Origin: Marsupella aquatica
Lineage: Eukaryota > Plantae > Marchantiophyta
Direction: 5' to 3'
Assembly: GCA_973895155.1 (NCBI GenBank)
Contig: OZ316892.1
Location: forward strand, 18,776,357 to 18,840,356
DNA: 64,000 bases
Shown: one piece after another, positions 23,001 through 35,153 of the stretch
Position numbering within the stretch: the first letter of the stretch is position 1
Layout: every line of letters starts with the position of its first letter
Position numbers and translations under genes: made by a program
The notes under the pieces: model-generated
The model's input: the letters and a program-made list of their open reading frames with translations, nothing else
Databases searched by the model: none
What the model was told of the DNA's origin: nothing

Positions 23001-23708
23001 CAACTCTGTCACAAATATATTGGGAACATTGTGATTGCCACAGATGTTCATCAACAACACGACAAAACCCAGCTTGGAGCAGTTCGACCCCTCGTAGATA
23101 GGAATGCAAGCTTCTTTGATGTGTTTTGGGCCCCCAAACACCCACTCCCTCTCTGCTGCACCTTCCCCAATGTCAAAGTCAGGTTCAGCTTGGCCGTCGC
23201 CAATGTGTGGCTGTGGTTCATTGTCCTCTTCTGATTCCACTGTGTCGTAAAAAGCATCAAGGTCTTCAAAAATCTCTTGAACCATTCTTGGGACATCCAT
23301 CCCACCGTCCTCAGTGACTGCCTCTCCATCTCCATCTTGGTCATCCACGTTCTCATGTTGGACCCCAGGACCATCCTCTGCACAGTCTATGTCCTGCTCT
23401 ACGTAGTCTCTACGCCTAGCTGTATTAGAATCCACAAAGTCAGCTCTCCACTCTTCATCAGAGGAGTCTTCTTCTGCTGGTACATTCCAAACCCTCCACC
23501 AAGGGTGCCTTTCATGCCGCAGCAGGTGAAGGTGCACAATGTTCAAACTCAACGACTTGAATCCTTGGCACTGTGTGCATGGGCATCTCATCCTCCTACT
23601 CCTACCTTGGGCGGCCCGGGCTTGTTCACGCATCCACAATTTAGAATCATGATGCCTAATCCTAAATGGGTTGTGAAGAGGCAACCTTGGAGCCATCACT
23701 ATACACAC
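20100..23708 (-). pseudogene. tnpD: CACTA TnpD transposase (transposase-associated CPC domain, Tnp2/Transposase_21, DUF4218, DUF4216), with introns and nonsense codons
   Basis: RCPCTQC, IDACPDGCVLFR, LRHFPLIPRLQRLF, LSLDGVNPF, NYNLPPW, DVMHIEKN, MKTHDYH, FPPAFFDVMTHL, RWMYPMER, EPFVFPSQVEQAFF. GT-AG introns at ~21903-21773 and ~20868-20755; in-frame stops at 22611 and 21360. 3' end approximate. Confidence 0.93.
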
Positions 23709-24022
23709 GCACTCGGCACCCTGTCATTTTATTATGCAAGTGAAAAATACACTTCCTGTTAAGGATTTCACCCCCGACTGTACTTGCCAAAATACGTAAC
23801 GTTCCAAAAAAACAAAAAAACAAAAAATATAGGTGCCTGAGTCATGTACCTATTCTCAAGTGAATGAGACAAAATTCCTAAATGTTTGAGGGTGTCAACT
23901 CCTCCGCTGTCCTCACATGTACTGCCTCTGCACGTACATCCATGACCATATCAGAGTCCAATCATGTATAGTCATAGACACAGGTGCCAGGTGCGAGACC
24001 GGTGTGAGATGTCCTCATCTTA

Positions 24023-24592
24023 CTACCACATCAAATACGGATACCAATCCTGTTGTCGATGCCACTCAGCCCTGAGGTACTCAGGCATGTACATTAAGTC
24101 ATCAAGGTCTAAACCCTGCTCATGCCATGGTGGTCTTCGATCCATGCCTACAAGCAGTGGCAGCAGTGCCCTCCATGGTGCACATGTTGCTACCAAGTCC
24201 CTCCACTGGGTACTAATTAGTCTATATTTGCAGATATCTTGTGCGCCAGACACCACAAGAACCCTCGGCCAGACATGTGTAAGAACTATATCATCTGCCA
24301 AATCAGGCAACAAGGAACCACCTACAGCATCGTGCTTGTCTAACTCATCTGCTGAAAAGTAAATGTCCTCTTCCGACTGTGCATCCTCATTCACCACAGC
24401 ATTCACAACACATCCAAGGTCTGCAGGCATTATCTCGGATGGAGCTACACTCTGTCTGGTTACCAATCCACACAAGTAAGCCCAAGCAGTAGCCATGCAC
24501 GATGCAACCCGTAGGAGGACCCTACATAGGGCCTGACGGTCTGGAAGAGGCAGCATACCCACCAAAGTCTTCAGCCAAACAGAGCCCAGCAA
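24023..24592 (-). CDS. F-box-like cargo protein
   Basis: LLPDLADDIVLTHVWPRV...YRLISTQWRDLV fits the F-box pattern LP.LP.DI...IL.RL...R.VSK.W..LV. Start codon uncertain. Confidence 0.7.
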   Translation of the reverse strand: MLGSVWLKTLVGMLPLPDRQALCRVLLRVASCMATAWAYLCGLVTRQSVAPSEIMPADLGCVVNAVVNEDAQSEEDIYFSADELDKHDAVGGSLLPDLADDIVLTHVWPRVLVVSGAQDICKYRLISTQWRDLVATCAPWRALLPLLVGMDRRPPWHEQGLDLDDLMYMPEYLRAEWHRQQDWYPYLMW

Positions 24593-24732
24593 GTAGATTC
24601 ACAGTCACACCCCACGCAGCAGGAAACAACAATCACTTCAACTGCGACCAACCATGACAAGATGAGTTAGTTCAAGGATCACATTTATTACAAAATTGTG
24701 ATTTATACAAAAATATGAGGGACTCCTACTCC

Positions 24733-25581
24733 TCACTCTCTCCCACCTTTGCTAAGCATACATCTCCGCTGAATCTTGGAGGGCCAGGCCTCAAAAATAT
24801 CAAAGTCCCAAGCATTCTGTCGCTTCCCTCTAGCTGCTGATTCCAGAAGCCAATCAGGGGAAAGCACCCAAAGATTGTTGTTCATGACAAAATCACGCAC
24901 TGTTGTCTTAAAGAATTTTCTGCATATTTTCATGTATGACAGACCTACAACATGAGTGGAGGTTTCTGTTAGACTCTCCTCCACTGTCCCACCTAGCTCA
25001 ACAACTATAGACTTGTACAATCTGCACTTAGTCTCCCCAATTCCTTCTTCTGCAAATACCACACTGAACCCCTTCATAATGGTATTTCTCTCCTTGCCAT
25101 GCTCATTCAATATAGCATCTACACGCATAGGATGGTGTCCTATGTTGACAACAGGTCCATATTGGACAGAAGCAAAGTTGGGTTTCTCTGCCGCTGCTTC
25201 ATAGGCTTCCTTTTCAGCCAAAGCCTCTGCAGTGGCCTCCTCACTCTCCCACAACTCATATTGCTCAGTACTCTGTACACACCTATGTTTAACAGAATCG
25301 GTCAGCCAAGAGACTTCAACTACTTTTAGACCTTGGTTGGTAATGGCAGAATCAATGAAGGACCATGACCACTTGTTCATCACATCCAGCCATGTCCCCG
25401 CAACAACATGTGTAGTCTGTGGAGTGATGTCCTTGACTTCAGTCCCATGGAACTCTGAGAATCGTTTTTGTACGATTGGCCAACTCACTTGGGTGAACCC
25501 ATAGTGGCCAGGAATCAAAATGGCTTTGATTCCAGCCAACAGAGGCGGGTGGTCAACCTTTGTACGTTTCCTAGAGGCCAT
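24733..25581 (-). CDS. Tandem BRCT-domain cargo protein (DNA polymerase lambda-type BRCT)
   Basis: Two repeats with G..V....TTHVV and W..(D/E)S...Q....(Y/F) signatures (VSWLTDSVKH; SPDWLLESAARGKRQ). Intact ORF with an N-terminal basic patch RKRTK. Confidence 0.85.
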   Translation of the reverse strand: MASRKRTKVDHPPLLAGIKAILIPGHYGFTQVSWPIVQKRFSEFHGTEVKDITPQTTHVVAGTWLDVMNKWSWSFIDSAITNQGLKVVEVSWLTDSVKHRCVQSTEQYELWESEEATAEALAEKEAYEAAAEKPNFASVQYGPVVNIGHHPMRVDAILNEHGKERNTIMKGFSVVFAEEGIGETKCRLYKSIVVELGGTVEESLTETSTHVVGLSYMKICRKFFKTTVRDFVMNNNLWVLSPDWLLESAARGKRQNAWDFDIFEAWPSKIQRRCMLSKGGRE

Positions 25582-26174
25582 GTACACACGGGCCACCTAA
25601 TCACTGCAGACCGGAAGATAATGCGTTCACCTGATAATCGGAGGGCCCTTAAAATGCTGCGTTTATAACTTGGTCCAGTCCAGTCGTCTGGTGAGTCTCT
25701 GCTCCGATTCCAAACGGGAGAAATATTGGGACAAACGTACTAGACACCTGCAAGCATGCACCTCATAGTTTGAATATGTGCCTTCACAATATTGAAGGTG
25801 ACAAGTTGTTTTGTGATGCCACATACAGATGTTGTAAATGGGCAGATATTCAATGAGAATACAAAATGTTGGTACACTTTAAGGGAATTCTCGCAAATTA
25901 AATAGCCTTGTAACTTATATGCTCATAATGAGAAGTCCTGATTTAATTTAAGCAGTGTCATGTAAGTCGTGATCAAAATGATTGTAGAGTTAAAAAAGTT
26001 CCTAGAAGGCTTAAGGGGAGTTTTTGAAAGCATGTACCCAGGAACAAGTAATGAACTTAGGGTACTTGTTGCCTAAGCATCCTCTCCTACAGAGGTCCTT
26101 CTTCTCAAAATTGGAATGTCTGCAATCTCCAAGGTATCCACATCAGGTGCACTATGCATGTACATTATTCAGGT

Positions 26175-26855
26175 TCAAAGCCAAGAAATGTGATCTCTCA
26201 TGGGAGTGTGCAAAGTAGGATCTATGGCATGGCGATGACAATAGAAGATCCATCGATCAACACCATGTGCAGAGTGATCATAGATGTGTCTGTCACAAGC
26301 ATAGCCTTCTGCTTGACGCTCCTTCAAACAATGAAAGTGCCACATGGTGGGACACCTAACACAGTGGACTATGTCCACCCAGAAATCTTCATCGTGCTGA
26401 CCACATGCCTTGCACTTATGAAGTGGGCAAGCTGTGGCAAGATCGGGCAAACATGAAAAACAAAAGAACCTCACACAATATCTGTCAGGGCATTTCCTAA
26501 CAAGTGGTGGAGCATCAACAGAGCCCTCATAAGACCCCAACTTCCCACACTGTGCACACTTAGCCTGCTTCTCCAAACAATCAGTGCACATCCAGCCTCC
26601 CTGGTGTGCTGACGGGAGGCCCACCCCTGGACAGTTGTTTTCTGCAGCAAGGTCAGACTCCGGGTTGAGGTGGAAATGCCTCATGCAAGGGCCCTCACAT
26701 ATGGCTAAGCCACCACCATCGTCACAAATGGCACAACAATGAGCTGCCTTCTGGAAAATCTGACTTGCGGAGAAGTTACTACCATCTGGCCCAACTACAC
26801 CTGTGTTGCTCACCTCTGTCCCCCGCTTCTTGGCTCGGATTTTAGGGCGTGCCAT
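26175..26855 (-). CDS. PHD zinc-finger cargo protein, homologous to the EDM2 PHD region
   Basis: CAICDDGG.L..CEGPCMRHFH...C..C.KLGS...CPLHKC..C...C.RCP..WH..CL...IFYC.RH.IDP.L.TP.RDHI matches the recalled EDM2 PHD block from start to end. Intact 226-aa ORF. Confidence 0.85.
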   Translation of the reverse strand: MARPKIRAKKRGTEVSNTGVVGPDGSNFSASQIFQKAAHCCAICDDGGGLAICEGPCMRHFHLNPESDLAAENNCPGVGLPSAHQGGWMCTDCLEKQAKCAQCGKLGSYEGSVDAPPLVRKCPDRYCVRFFCFSCLPDLATACPLHKCKACGQHDEDFWVDIVHCVRCPTMWHFHCLKERQAEGYACDRHIYDHSAHGVDRWIFYCHRHAIDPTLHTPMRDHISWL

Positions 26856-29800
26856 GCCTACGCATGAGACAGATAGTACAATTTAGCAGAGTGCACAGAC
26901 AATACAATTTAGTGCAGTGTACAAAAAGTACAGTGTAGCATATAGACTAGAGTGGCAATTGCTACTGCAATGAAATGTTCACACACATGTGCAGAGTAGA
27001 CATACTTTTTGGTTTGTTGAGCCCACACTAAAAACTGATCCCCTCGTACAATAGCTCCACCTACACCTCAATTTTGTGGCTATGATTCACCAAAGGAGAT
27101 CTGCAACAAGATTTAATGCATTTGAATCACATATAACAGTCGTGACATGTAAAACATGCATTTTTTGAACAGGATTGGTATCAAGCACTGTGATTAGGGT
27201 TGTAATTTATACATCCTAAATAGGCTATGATAGTGAATGAGACAAATAAGTTAGGCATAAATCACTTTTTCCAGGTTATCACATGGCCCATTAATTCCAG
27301 TCTTTGAAAGGAGACTTTTAAGTGAGCTTGCTAGCCTCTTAAATTAGGATATTGTACTTAGTGCAGCCATAATAGGATAAGTTATGTACTGTTGACCCTA
27401 AACCCTGGACCCAAAATTGGTCATAATTCAAAATCTTAAGTAAATATCCTCTCTGTTCAAGTCAAAGTGTTAAGTTATAGGTCAATGGTCTCTGGTTTGT
27501 GCATGCGGTGTGACAAGTGGTCCTCTAGAGCGTGTGATCCAAACATGTGTAGACACCAAAGTGACCGGTGGTGGGGTCTGGGAGGGCAGGACAAGTGACA
27601 TCGCCAGGCACACTGCAGGATGGCGAGTGGTTCCAGATGATACATTGTGCTCTGTGAAAAAACCGACATCCAAGAGAACGGTCATCCAACTCTAGGCCAG
27701 AAGCCCTACAGGCAGGACAGTCATATTGGCAACTGTGCACACACCCTTGGGCCCTAATTTGTGGCGGGTCATGTACTAGAGACAGAAATACCAAAGGATG
27801 TTGGGAAGGGTGGAGAAGCAGGTACAGGCCGGCTGTAGTTGTTCCTGGCAACAACTGGGTACTCAAAGTACCATGCAGACTGGGCTGGAAGGATCCCAAG
27901 TCTGACATACTCAAGGCGCAACATCTCTGCCTTGCGTGCAAGCCGCACATGTTCAGCGTTGCGGGTCCTCACCATAAGTGTTGCTTTTGTGGAGATGTCG
28001 TGTGTTCACGTCCTCTGATAAGCACCTTCGATCAGCAAGGTGAGCAGGAGCTGTACTTGCCTCACCAACAGCAACCAACCTTAAATTATCAGTTCCCACT
28101 CACTGTGTCATTCCATTGGTTCCAGCTAGGGGTCACAGTGTAAACATAGCATGAAACACTCCTAATCAACTTGCTTACAAACTACAATATCCAGAAAGAG
28201 TGAAAGTCTCACCCTCCAGTGAGCAGCAGAGAGGTAGTTCAGTAGATGTGTTGATGTGCAGTTAAACCTCCACTATTGCTTACTTCTGGTGTATGCTGCT
28301 CAGAAGAAGACATATTAGTAGCAGCAAATTGCAAATAATGGCCATAAGCAAACCGTGAGAGTTTGCAGAATGCTACGACAAATCCATCACAGCAGTGCTC
28401 CACAGGAATGAAACCAAGCAAAATTTGGTGACCTCGGCCAATGACAAGGCCAATGTAGTGAACAATCCTTGACCGATCAGGATATGGATTGGAATTACAA
28501 TTAGTCAGCTCTTCTTCTTTGTTTTCTAACTCTGGGGGAAATGAGCATGACCAGGGAATTCTCTGAGAAATAGAAGTGCACAGGGAAAATGAAATTGGCT
28601 CATTCAGCTGCGCAAGACCGGCCATTGCAGCATACTTGGACAGTTGTTCCGCAATACATAAAATACCCTGACTTACATGCAATCGATACAATCTGCTTCT
28701 GTTGGCTGTCCTACAGCTCACAGCAGTGCCGTTGGGATAGGGTAAGTGAATATTGCCATAGCTGAAGCACATTGAGCTTGCAGCAAGAAGTGAAGGAGCA
28801 TGGCCAAAAGCAGAAAAGACAGACAGGTTTTACAAGAAGAAACTAACAACCGCCAATCTGCTCAAATCCGCTGCATAGATCAAACCCTCCAAACTACACA
28901 GCCCTCCTTTGAAAACAATCCAATGTGCTTTGGCTGGTGGATGACAAGGACTGGGAGAAGAGGAAACGTCTACACAATCAATCCAAATGACCAGGCACAG
29001 AGAGGATTTGTGCTTAGACAAAAACCACAAATTGTAGCATGGGCGCCATAGCATTGGGCGGCAATGGGAAGAATTACATCAAATGAGTGGACAGAGAATG
29101 AACAGTCCGATTATAGGCAAACAGCGACTGATGCCCTGATGCAATGAAACACACATTGACATAGCGGAGGGACATAAAAACTACATAAGCCAACTTACTG
29201 ACCTTTTAAGGCCCACAATTTCAAGGGGAGGGACAAAGACAGCAGTAACAGACGCAGAGACAAAGCTGTACTCTGTCAATTGAGTAGGCAAGTGGGTGGG
29301 TGAAGATCAACAACCAATGTAGCAGCGCAACCAGAGTAGCAACAAAGAAGCAGGTTGCCCTCAGTCTCCTATTTTTCAAGCAGCTTGTGCTCGCGGTCAA
29401 TCTCCTATTCTGCAAGCAGCTCACGCTCATCCCTCTTGTTCTGCAAGCAGGTCATTCTTGTTGGTGATGGTGCAAGCTGTCCTCCTAAACTCTGACACTC
29501 AAAATGAAAAGACCAAGCACCTCCAATTTGTTTGATCCCTTCCGCAAGCAGCCGAGCGGCAGACGATAATGTAGGGATCAAGAACCAAGTGCCAGGCGGA
29601 CATTGCACAAAATGAGGACCGGGGGCAGAGACAAAATCTACCGAAATCTACTTCTTGGGGTCCAGCCCACGGATGGACATCATGCAAGGTGGTCAAAAAT
29701 GGTAAGTGCAATTGTTGGAGAGCTGTACTCACGATTACTAACGGTGCATCCACAAAACGCGTCATCAAGTTGTCAGTGCGGCCACAACAATTTTGACAGT

Positions 29801-32800
29801 CTCAGGATCACAGGTCCACAAACAAGTTGCAAATGAAGACACACAACGTCCAGGAGGGAAAGTCCACAACACTAACCCTTTGTAAAGCCCCCGAGCTTAC
29901 CTTCTAGCTGCCGACGCAAAGAGAAAACCTACTCGGACACTGAAGCAACCCTAAACTCAAAGTCTCACCTTAGCGCAACAACTCCTGGATTGGATTCAGC
30001 TAGCTCAGGCTGAATCCCACAAAAGGACAGAGGACAACATCGAAAAGCAATGTAGCCATGATGTCTTACCAGCAACGGGATCTTTAAACTTAAGGCGGTG
30101 CACTCGGCTTAAATGGTAGCAGGTAAAGGTATTTTCTTCAACAACTATAGTGGTAATCTTACCCGTGCTTTCGTTCTCTGTCGTGGTGCTGCAGCAACTC
30201 CCTCCGTAGCCCAAGCCTAAGGTGCAAATCACCAGCTCGCTGCTCTTGCTACTTGCTAGTGCCCTTCACTGAAACGCAAAACAACACAAAGACGTAAGAT
30301 GACTGACCGGAAGACAATCCCGACAACCTCATATGACAGACTGCTTTTCTAGTGTGAAGAAATACATGATTACAAGCAACACCACGCCTCATCCAAGCAG
30401 GGATGTACATGAATACAACAACAAAAATTTGCATACAACGATGGCCCGGTCACTTGAGGCTTTCGAGCCCTCACAATGTCAGATGGTACCAGGATCTACA
30501 AGGGATGCTAAATGGCTTCTCTCAAATCATGGAGTCTTGAATAACTCATATCCAGCGACAAACAAACTCAACAAATTCTGAATTCCTACTGAATCCAATC
30601 AGAATCGGCAATTTCAGCAGCTTCGACTGCCAAGACAAATCATAACGAATTTCATTGTGTTGGGGTTTTCCATAACTCTTCAGCCATAGGGAGAATGTGC
30701 TGAACCTAATGTACCATTCAATCAGGCAAGCTGTATGCTATGGAGGTATGACATTGCTCAAAATAGGATGGACCAGAGGAGATGTAGCTACTACGCAGCC
30801 AGCTGAGAACAGAGCGGAGCGGATCTGCTTGAGCTCTGCTACTTGTTGTTTGGTTTTTGGGCATGAGTGTAAGGAGTGGGTGCACAAGCCAGGGCCTATA
30901 GTAACCTTCAGCCTGTAGAGGCAATGAAAGTATTCAACAGACAACCCAACAAAACAATGTGGAACTAAAGTTGCTGGAAAAGGGATGAAAGAAGCGCACT
31001 TTCAGCTGCATGGCCGGGACTAACCTTTGGCTGATGACACTGATAACCAATGGCAGCACTGTCAACTGCTTCCTCCTAACAAACAACCGGCTCCCGATTT
31101 TGCAACTGCTCTTTAAGCTCCACGACCTCCTTCACAACTCCAATGTCCACCTTCCGCAGCAGCAACGATTGCCTCCTTGCTCAGCCTCCTTTCAATGCCT
31201 CCGCAAGCTTTAAGGACCCACTGCAGTCCACCTTCCGCAGTGGTCGCCTTCCACAGCGCCTTCACAACTCCAATGTCCACCTTCCGCAACAATCACCTCA
31301 CCTTACAATAGACCTTGGCACCGCAACACCTTCCCAGATCACAGCTCCTCCCCTCAGCTAAACCCTCAGCGCCTCAGTCCCCAGATCATAGCTCCTCCCG
31401 AACTGCAACTCACTGAAAACCTAAGCACTAAAGGAGTGCCCTCAACATTGTTGTCGTTGCGCTGCACATTGCCCTGCCGCACGACCATTCTCCTGTTAGA
31501 ATGGAATGACCTAAGCACTCAGGACTACCCTGGACATTGCCGTTGCGCTCCACATTGCCTTGTTGCACGTCATTTCTTGGTAGAAATGGAGAAATCTAGA
31601 CCTCCGACACAATCTACAAATCCTTTTGCAAGCAACTGGCCCTCTCCTCAACAGCTCGCGATGGTAGCACAACCTTCTTGAAACAAATGGCAACACCAAG
31701 TCGCTCTGGGTGCAGCCACAACACATCGGCAGTGCGGGTCAGGAGAATTGTGCAACAATGAGAGGCCCTTCTCTCAAAAATCCCCGAAGAATGAAGCCCT
31801 CACAACTAGCTCCGATCGAAGGTTGCAGCAGCCACAACCTTCTTAGCCCTACAGCCAAAACCTAAATCCAACGTAAAACCCCGAACCTTGGACCCCTCAC
31901 GTTTTGCGTCCAATGACGATGGCCCAAACACTCCAAAGTCACTCCCAAAGACCAGTTTAGTGCCTCTTTACTAGATTAGGGGACTTAAGTCATTAAGGGG
32001 AGCCACTCAACCTTACCGTTTGAGTGAGCCGTTGAGTGTCACCCAAAGTGAGACACCACTACATTGAAGTGTTACTGCATGGCCATCTTGGGTATTTCAG
32101 CAAATTTTTCTTGGCTTGGAAAAGTTCAATAAAGCCGGATGTTGGTGAAGTAGAGCCGACTGTGAATTGAAAATCATGCTAGCCCAAAAATCTTGGGTAT
32201 GCGTGCACCCGATTCTTGGCTTGGCAAACTTGAATATAACAGGATGTTGGTGACCCCCACCCCCTTGAGACCTAACCGGCCCACCCTTGACATATAAACC
32301 CTACTAAACCCCCTTTAGTGGTGACCACCCACACCCTTCACATATAACTGGCCCACCCTTGAGACGTAAACCCCCCCTAAACCCACTATGGAGTATATGA
32401 GACATTAGGGCATTTAGACATGTAGTGAGTTTGTACGTGTTCAATATAGCGGACGTAAACCCCCCATATGCCCATTATCAAATTGAGGCCCACAACTAAA
32501 CCCTACAACACTCATGTGCGAGAGTGTTCACCCTTTCACAAAGTAGGGTACGTGGAAACTTTTCATAGTCTTATCCTAAACCAAAAAGCACTCACAGTCT
32601 TTTGTAGTGTTCATGTGAACCGGTGCAATGGTTCCGAGTCATTTGAAGTTGTAAAAAAGGACTTAGTGGCCTTAGTCCTATAAGGTTTGGTCTAAATTGC
32701 CCCGGTTTCTACTAGTGTCAACAGATGTTGAAGAAGACCCTTCAATATGTTGCAAATCTGTTGAGGGAACCTCATGGTTTGGATCCACACCACCCAAAGC

Positions 32801-35153
32801 TCGAACCAACCAGAAACGCCCTTTGCCATTTTCCTGTTCCCATTCATCCTCTGGACGTAAAAATACAAAGTGACCTTCTTGAATATCTTGTAGAGGAATC
32901 CAACGTGCAGGTTCTCGCTCTTGTCGTGCACCAACAAAGGGTGCAACTTGATCTTCCATCTCTTCCATGTACTCATTTTGAAGGTCCATCATCTCTGGAT
33001 TTTGAGAAGGTTCACTTGACGGCTGAGATGTCCCCAAAATCATCTTGTAACCTGTGCCATGGTTAGTCTTTGGCCAAAAATCAGTTGTCAATGGCAATTG
33101 TCTTTCCCCCTCCCCTTCTATTGTAAGTTCCTCGGACAGTGCTTGCACAAGATTCTCCCAATATTTGACCAGAGGAAATCTCTCTCGATATGCTGTAGAG
33201 GTCTCATCCTTACAACTTTTCTTCAAGAAATCAATATAGCGATTAAAGAATGGGATGATTTCTCCAGCCTTCTTTTGTACATCCCCAGATATAGGTTTTG
33301 CAAATGGTTGGCCTTCCGGTAAAATGAGCGCATTTGTGATGGGATCAGTTCTCCAAATGGACCTCCCCATTGCCGGAAGCCAAGGTTGCTTGACATGTGC
33401 TTTATATTGATACATTGGCACATTATCCCTCATGGAGAAAAGAAATGCCACTGGATTTGAGTGACCTTCTATCTCTTTCACCTGGAAAGTTTTCAAATAC
33501 TCCTTGTAAGATGCAACCTCTTGAATCAATCGTGGTACAGGATGAATGCTTTCACACTCCCAAACCTCAGCCATCAACCCCAAGAGGGTAGCAACCTCTT
33601 TGTATCTGACCTGTTTGGATACTTGAGAAAATAATGCATCCACGTCTTCATGGGTGTGGCCAACCATGAGGAATGACATTTGCACAGTTTCAAACACCCC
33701 CCTGCTAACAAGCTCAGTGCAAAATGCCATCACATATTGATTTTTGATATCTTTCCCTGAATTGTCCATCTGCAACGTTAGGTGCCTTGGTAAGGGCTTG
33801 AAAGAGCCCCTAGTAGTCTCAGGATCATCCTTAGAACCAACATCCACTGTGCTTGACTTTTTAGTCTCCTGACCATCTTCAATGCCTTGAAATCAAACAA
33901 TTGAAACATTTTTGGGTTCCAAGTAACCGGCCAGAAATGCTTCAAAGTCTAGAAGGGACTGAAATATTGGCCTAGTTGCATTCCAATTCAATCCTTCAAG
34001 AAGGTCTCCAGTTTTGTCTCTTGTGTAATCTTCCAAATCTCTGAGGCATTTGGCCAAAGATGTCACGGTAAAGTCTGCATCTCCAGGCCAAAGTCCAATC
34101 AAACTGAAATGTGCATACACTCCAGGATCTCTTCCATGGGTTAACATCCCAGTAAGAGCAATAGGCAAAGGCTGACCACTACCAGAGAGGGATTTTGGAG
34201 TGGGGACCAACCTGGGGATCCAAGTCTTGGCTTGATCCATTGTGGTGCGTCCCATGGCCCCCCAAACCCAAGAAACCCCCCCGCACAAGCCGATTCCCAT
34301 AGGTTTCATCCTTGACGAGGCTGTTTCCGCGGCTTAGTGGCATGGGACGCTGCTAACTCTCCTTCTACTACTATTAACATTTTACACACATATACTGGAC
34401 AGATCCTTCATCGGGTCATGAGATACTTAGCTGACCTATTCTAGGCCTTCCCTTGTATTCCTCTCCTGGTCTTCCATTAGGTATGTTTGGATTCCGCCGC
34501 CGGAATGATCCTCAATTGGCTTGGTTAAGCCGCTAAGACCTCTCTCAGCTCGACACATCCAACTCTCACTCCCTTGCTACTTCCCTTCATTGATGTGGGC
34601 ACTCTTCACACAAGTTAATGCGACACACAAATAGCAAAATGACTCCTTCTGACTGAGTTATACCATGCACTTGCCATACAAACAGTACATCTCATACACA
34701 AGCTCTGTGAACTAAGCCGTGAGGCCAACTCTATTCAGTTCTTAGGTATGAGGAAACATGAATATACACAAGGGTCACTGTATAACTAACCGAGAGCTTC
34801 TCTTACTACTTGATCCCAGCCCTGCTGGTGCAACTAGAAACTTGCTAAAGAAGAGGCCAGGAACTCCCCGCAGCCTAGGTACTTATCCTGGCTGTGGATC
34901 CGCCTGATTCCTTGTAGCATAAGCCTAATCTACCTATTTGTAATCTACCTAACTGTAATCTACCTATGTACAGCGAGGTAGGAGCACAAGTGTCGCCCTT
35001 ACCCGTGGATCTGCAATCCCACTAATCTAAGTGTCAGGGCCGTCTCCTGGTCCTCATCCTTAGTCTAAATTTGGAGATCAGCGCCCACCCTGCCCACTCA
35101 CGCCTCCTACCTCCACGTCCGCCCTCCTTAAAAGGGACGGTGCCCTTGCACCG

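Larger units (their letters stand above)
16476..32717 (-). mobile_element. Complete CACTA (En/Spm) DNA transposon, 16.2 kb (CACTA-1)
   Basis: TIRs CACTAGTAGAAACCGGGG at 16476 and CCCCGGTTTCTACTAGTG ending at 32717; 3-bp TSD TCA at 16473-16475 and 32718-32720; subterminal repeats; tnpD and tnpA-like genes. Confidence 0.95.

Noticed and set aside
26175-26855. The host EDM2 gene itself
   Set aside because: Only the PHD block is present, it has no introns in the coding part, and it lies within CACTA TIRs.
32678-32717. Apparent C-terminus TSRNRGNLDQTL of the 389-aa ORF
   Set aside because: Read-through into the CACTA TIR; the true continuation is at 16472 and below.
34241-34309. Apparent N-terminus of ORF 33893..34309, and the VMPS end of 39187..39654
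   Set aside because: Both are read-through into the solo-LTR ends.
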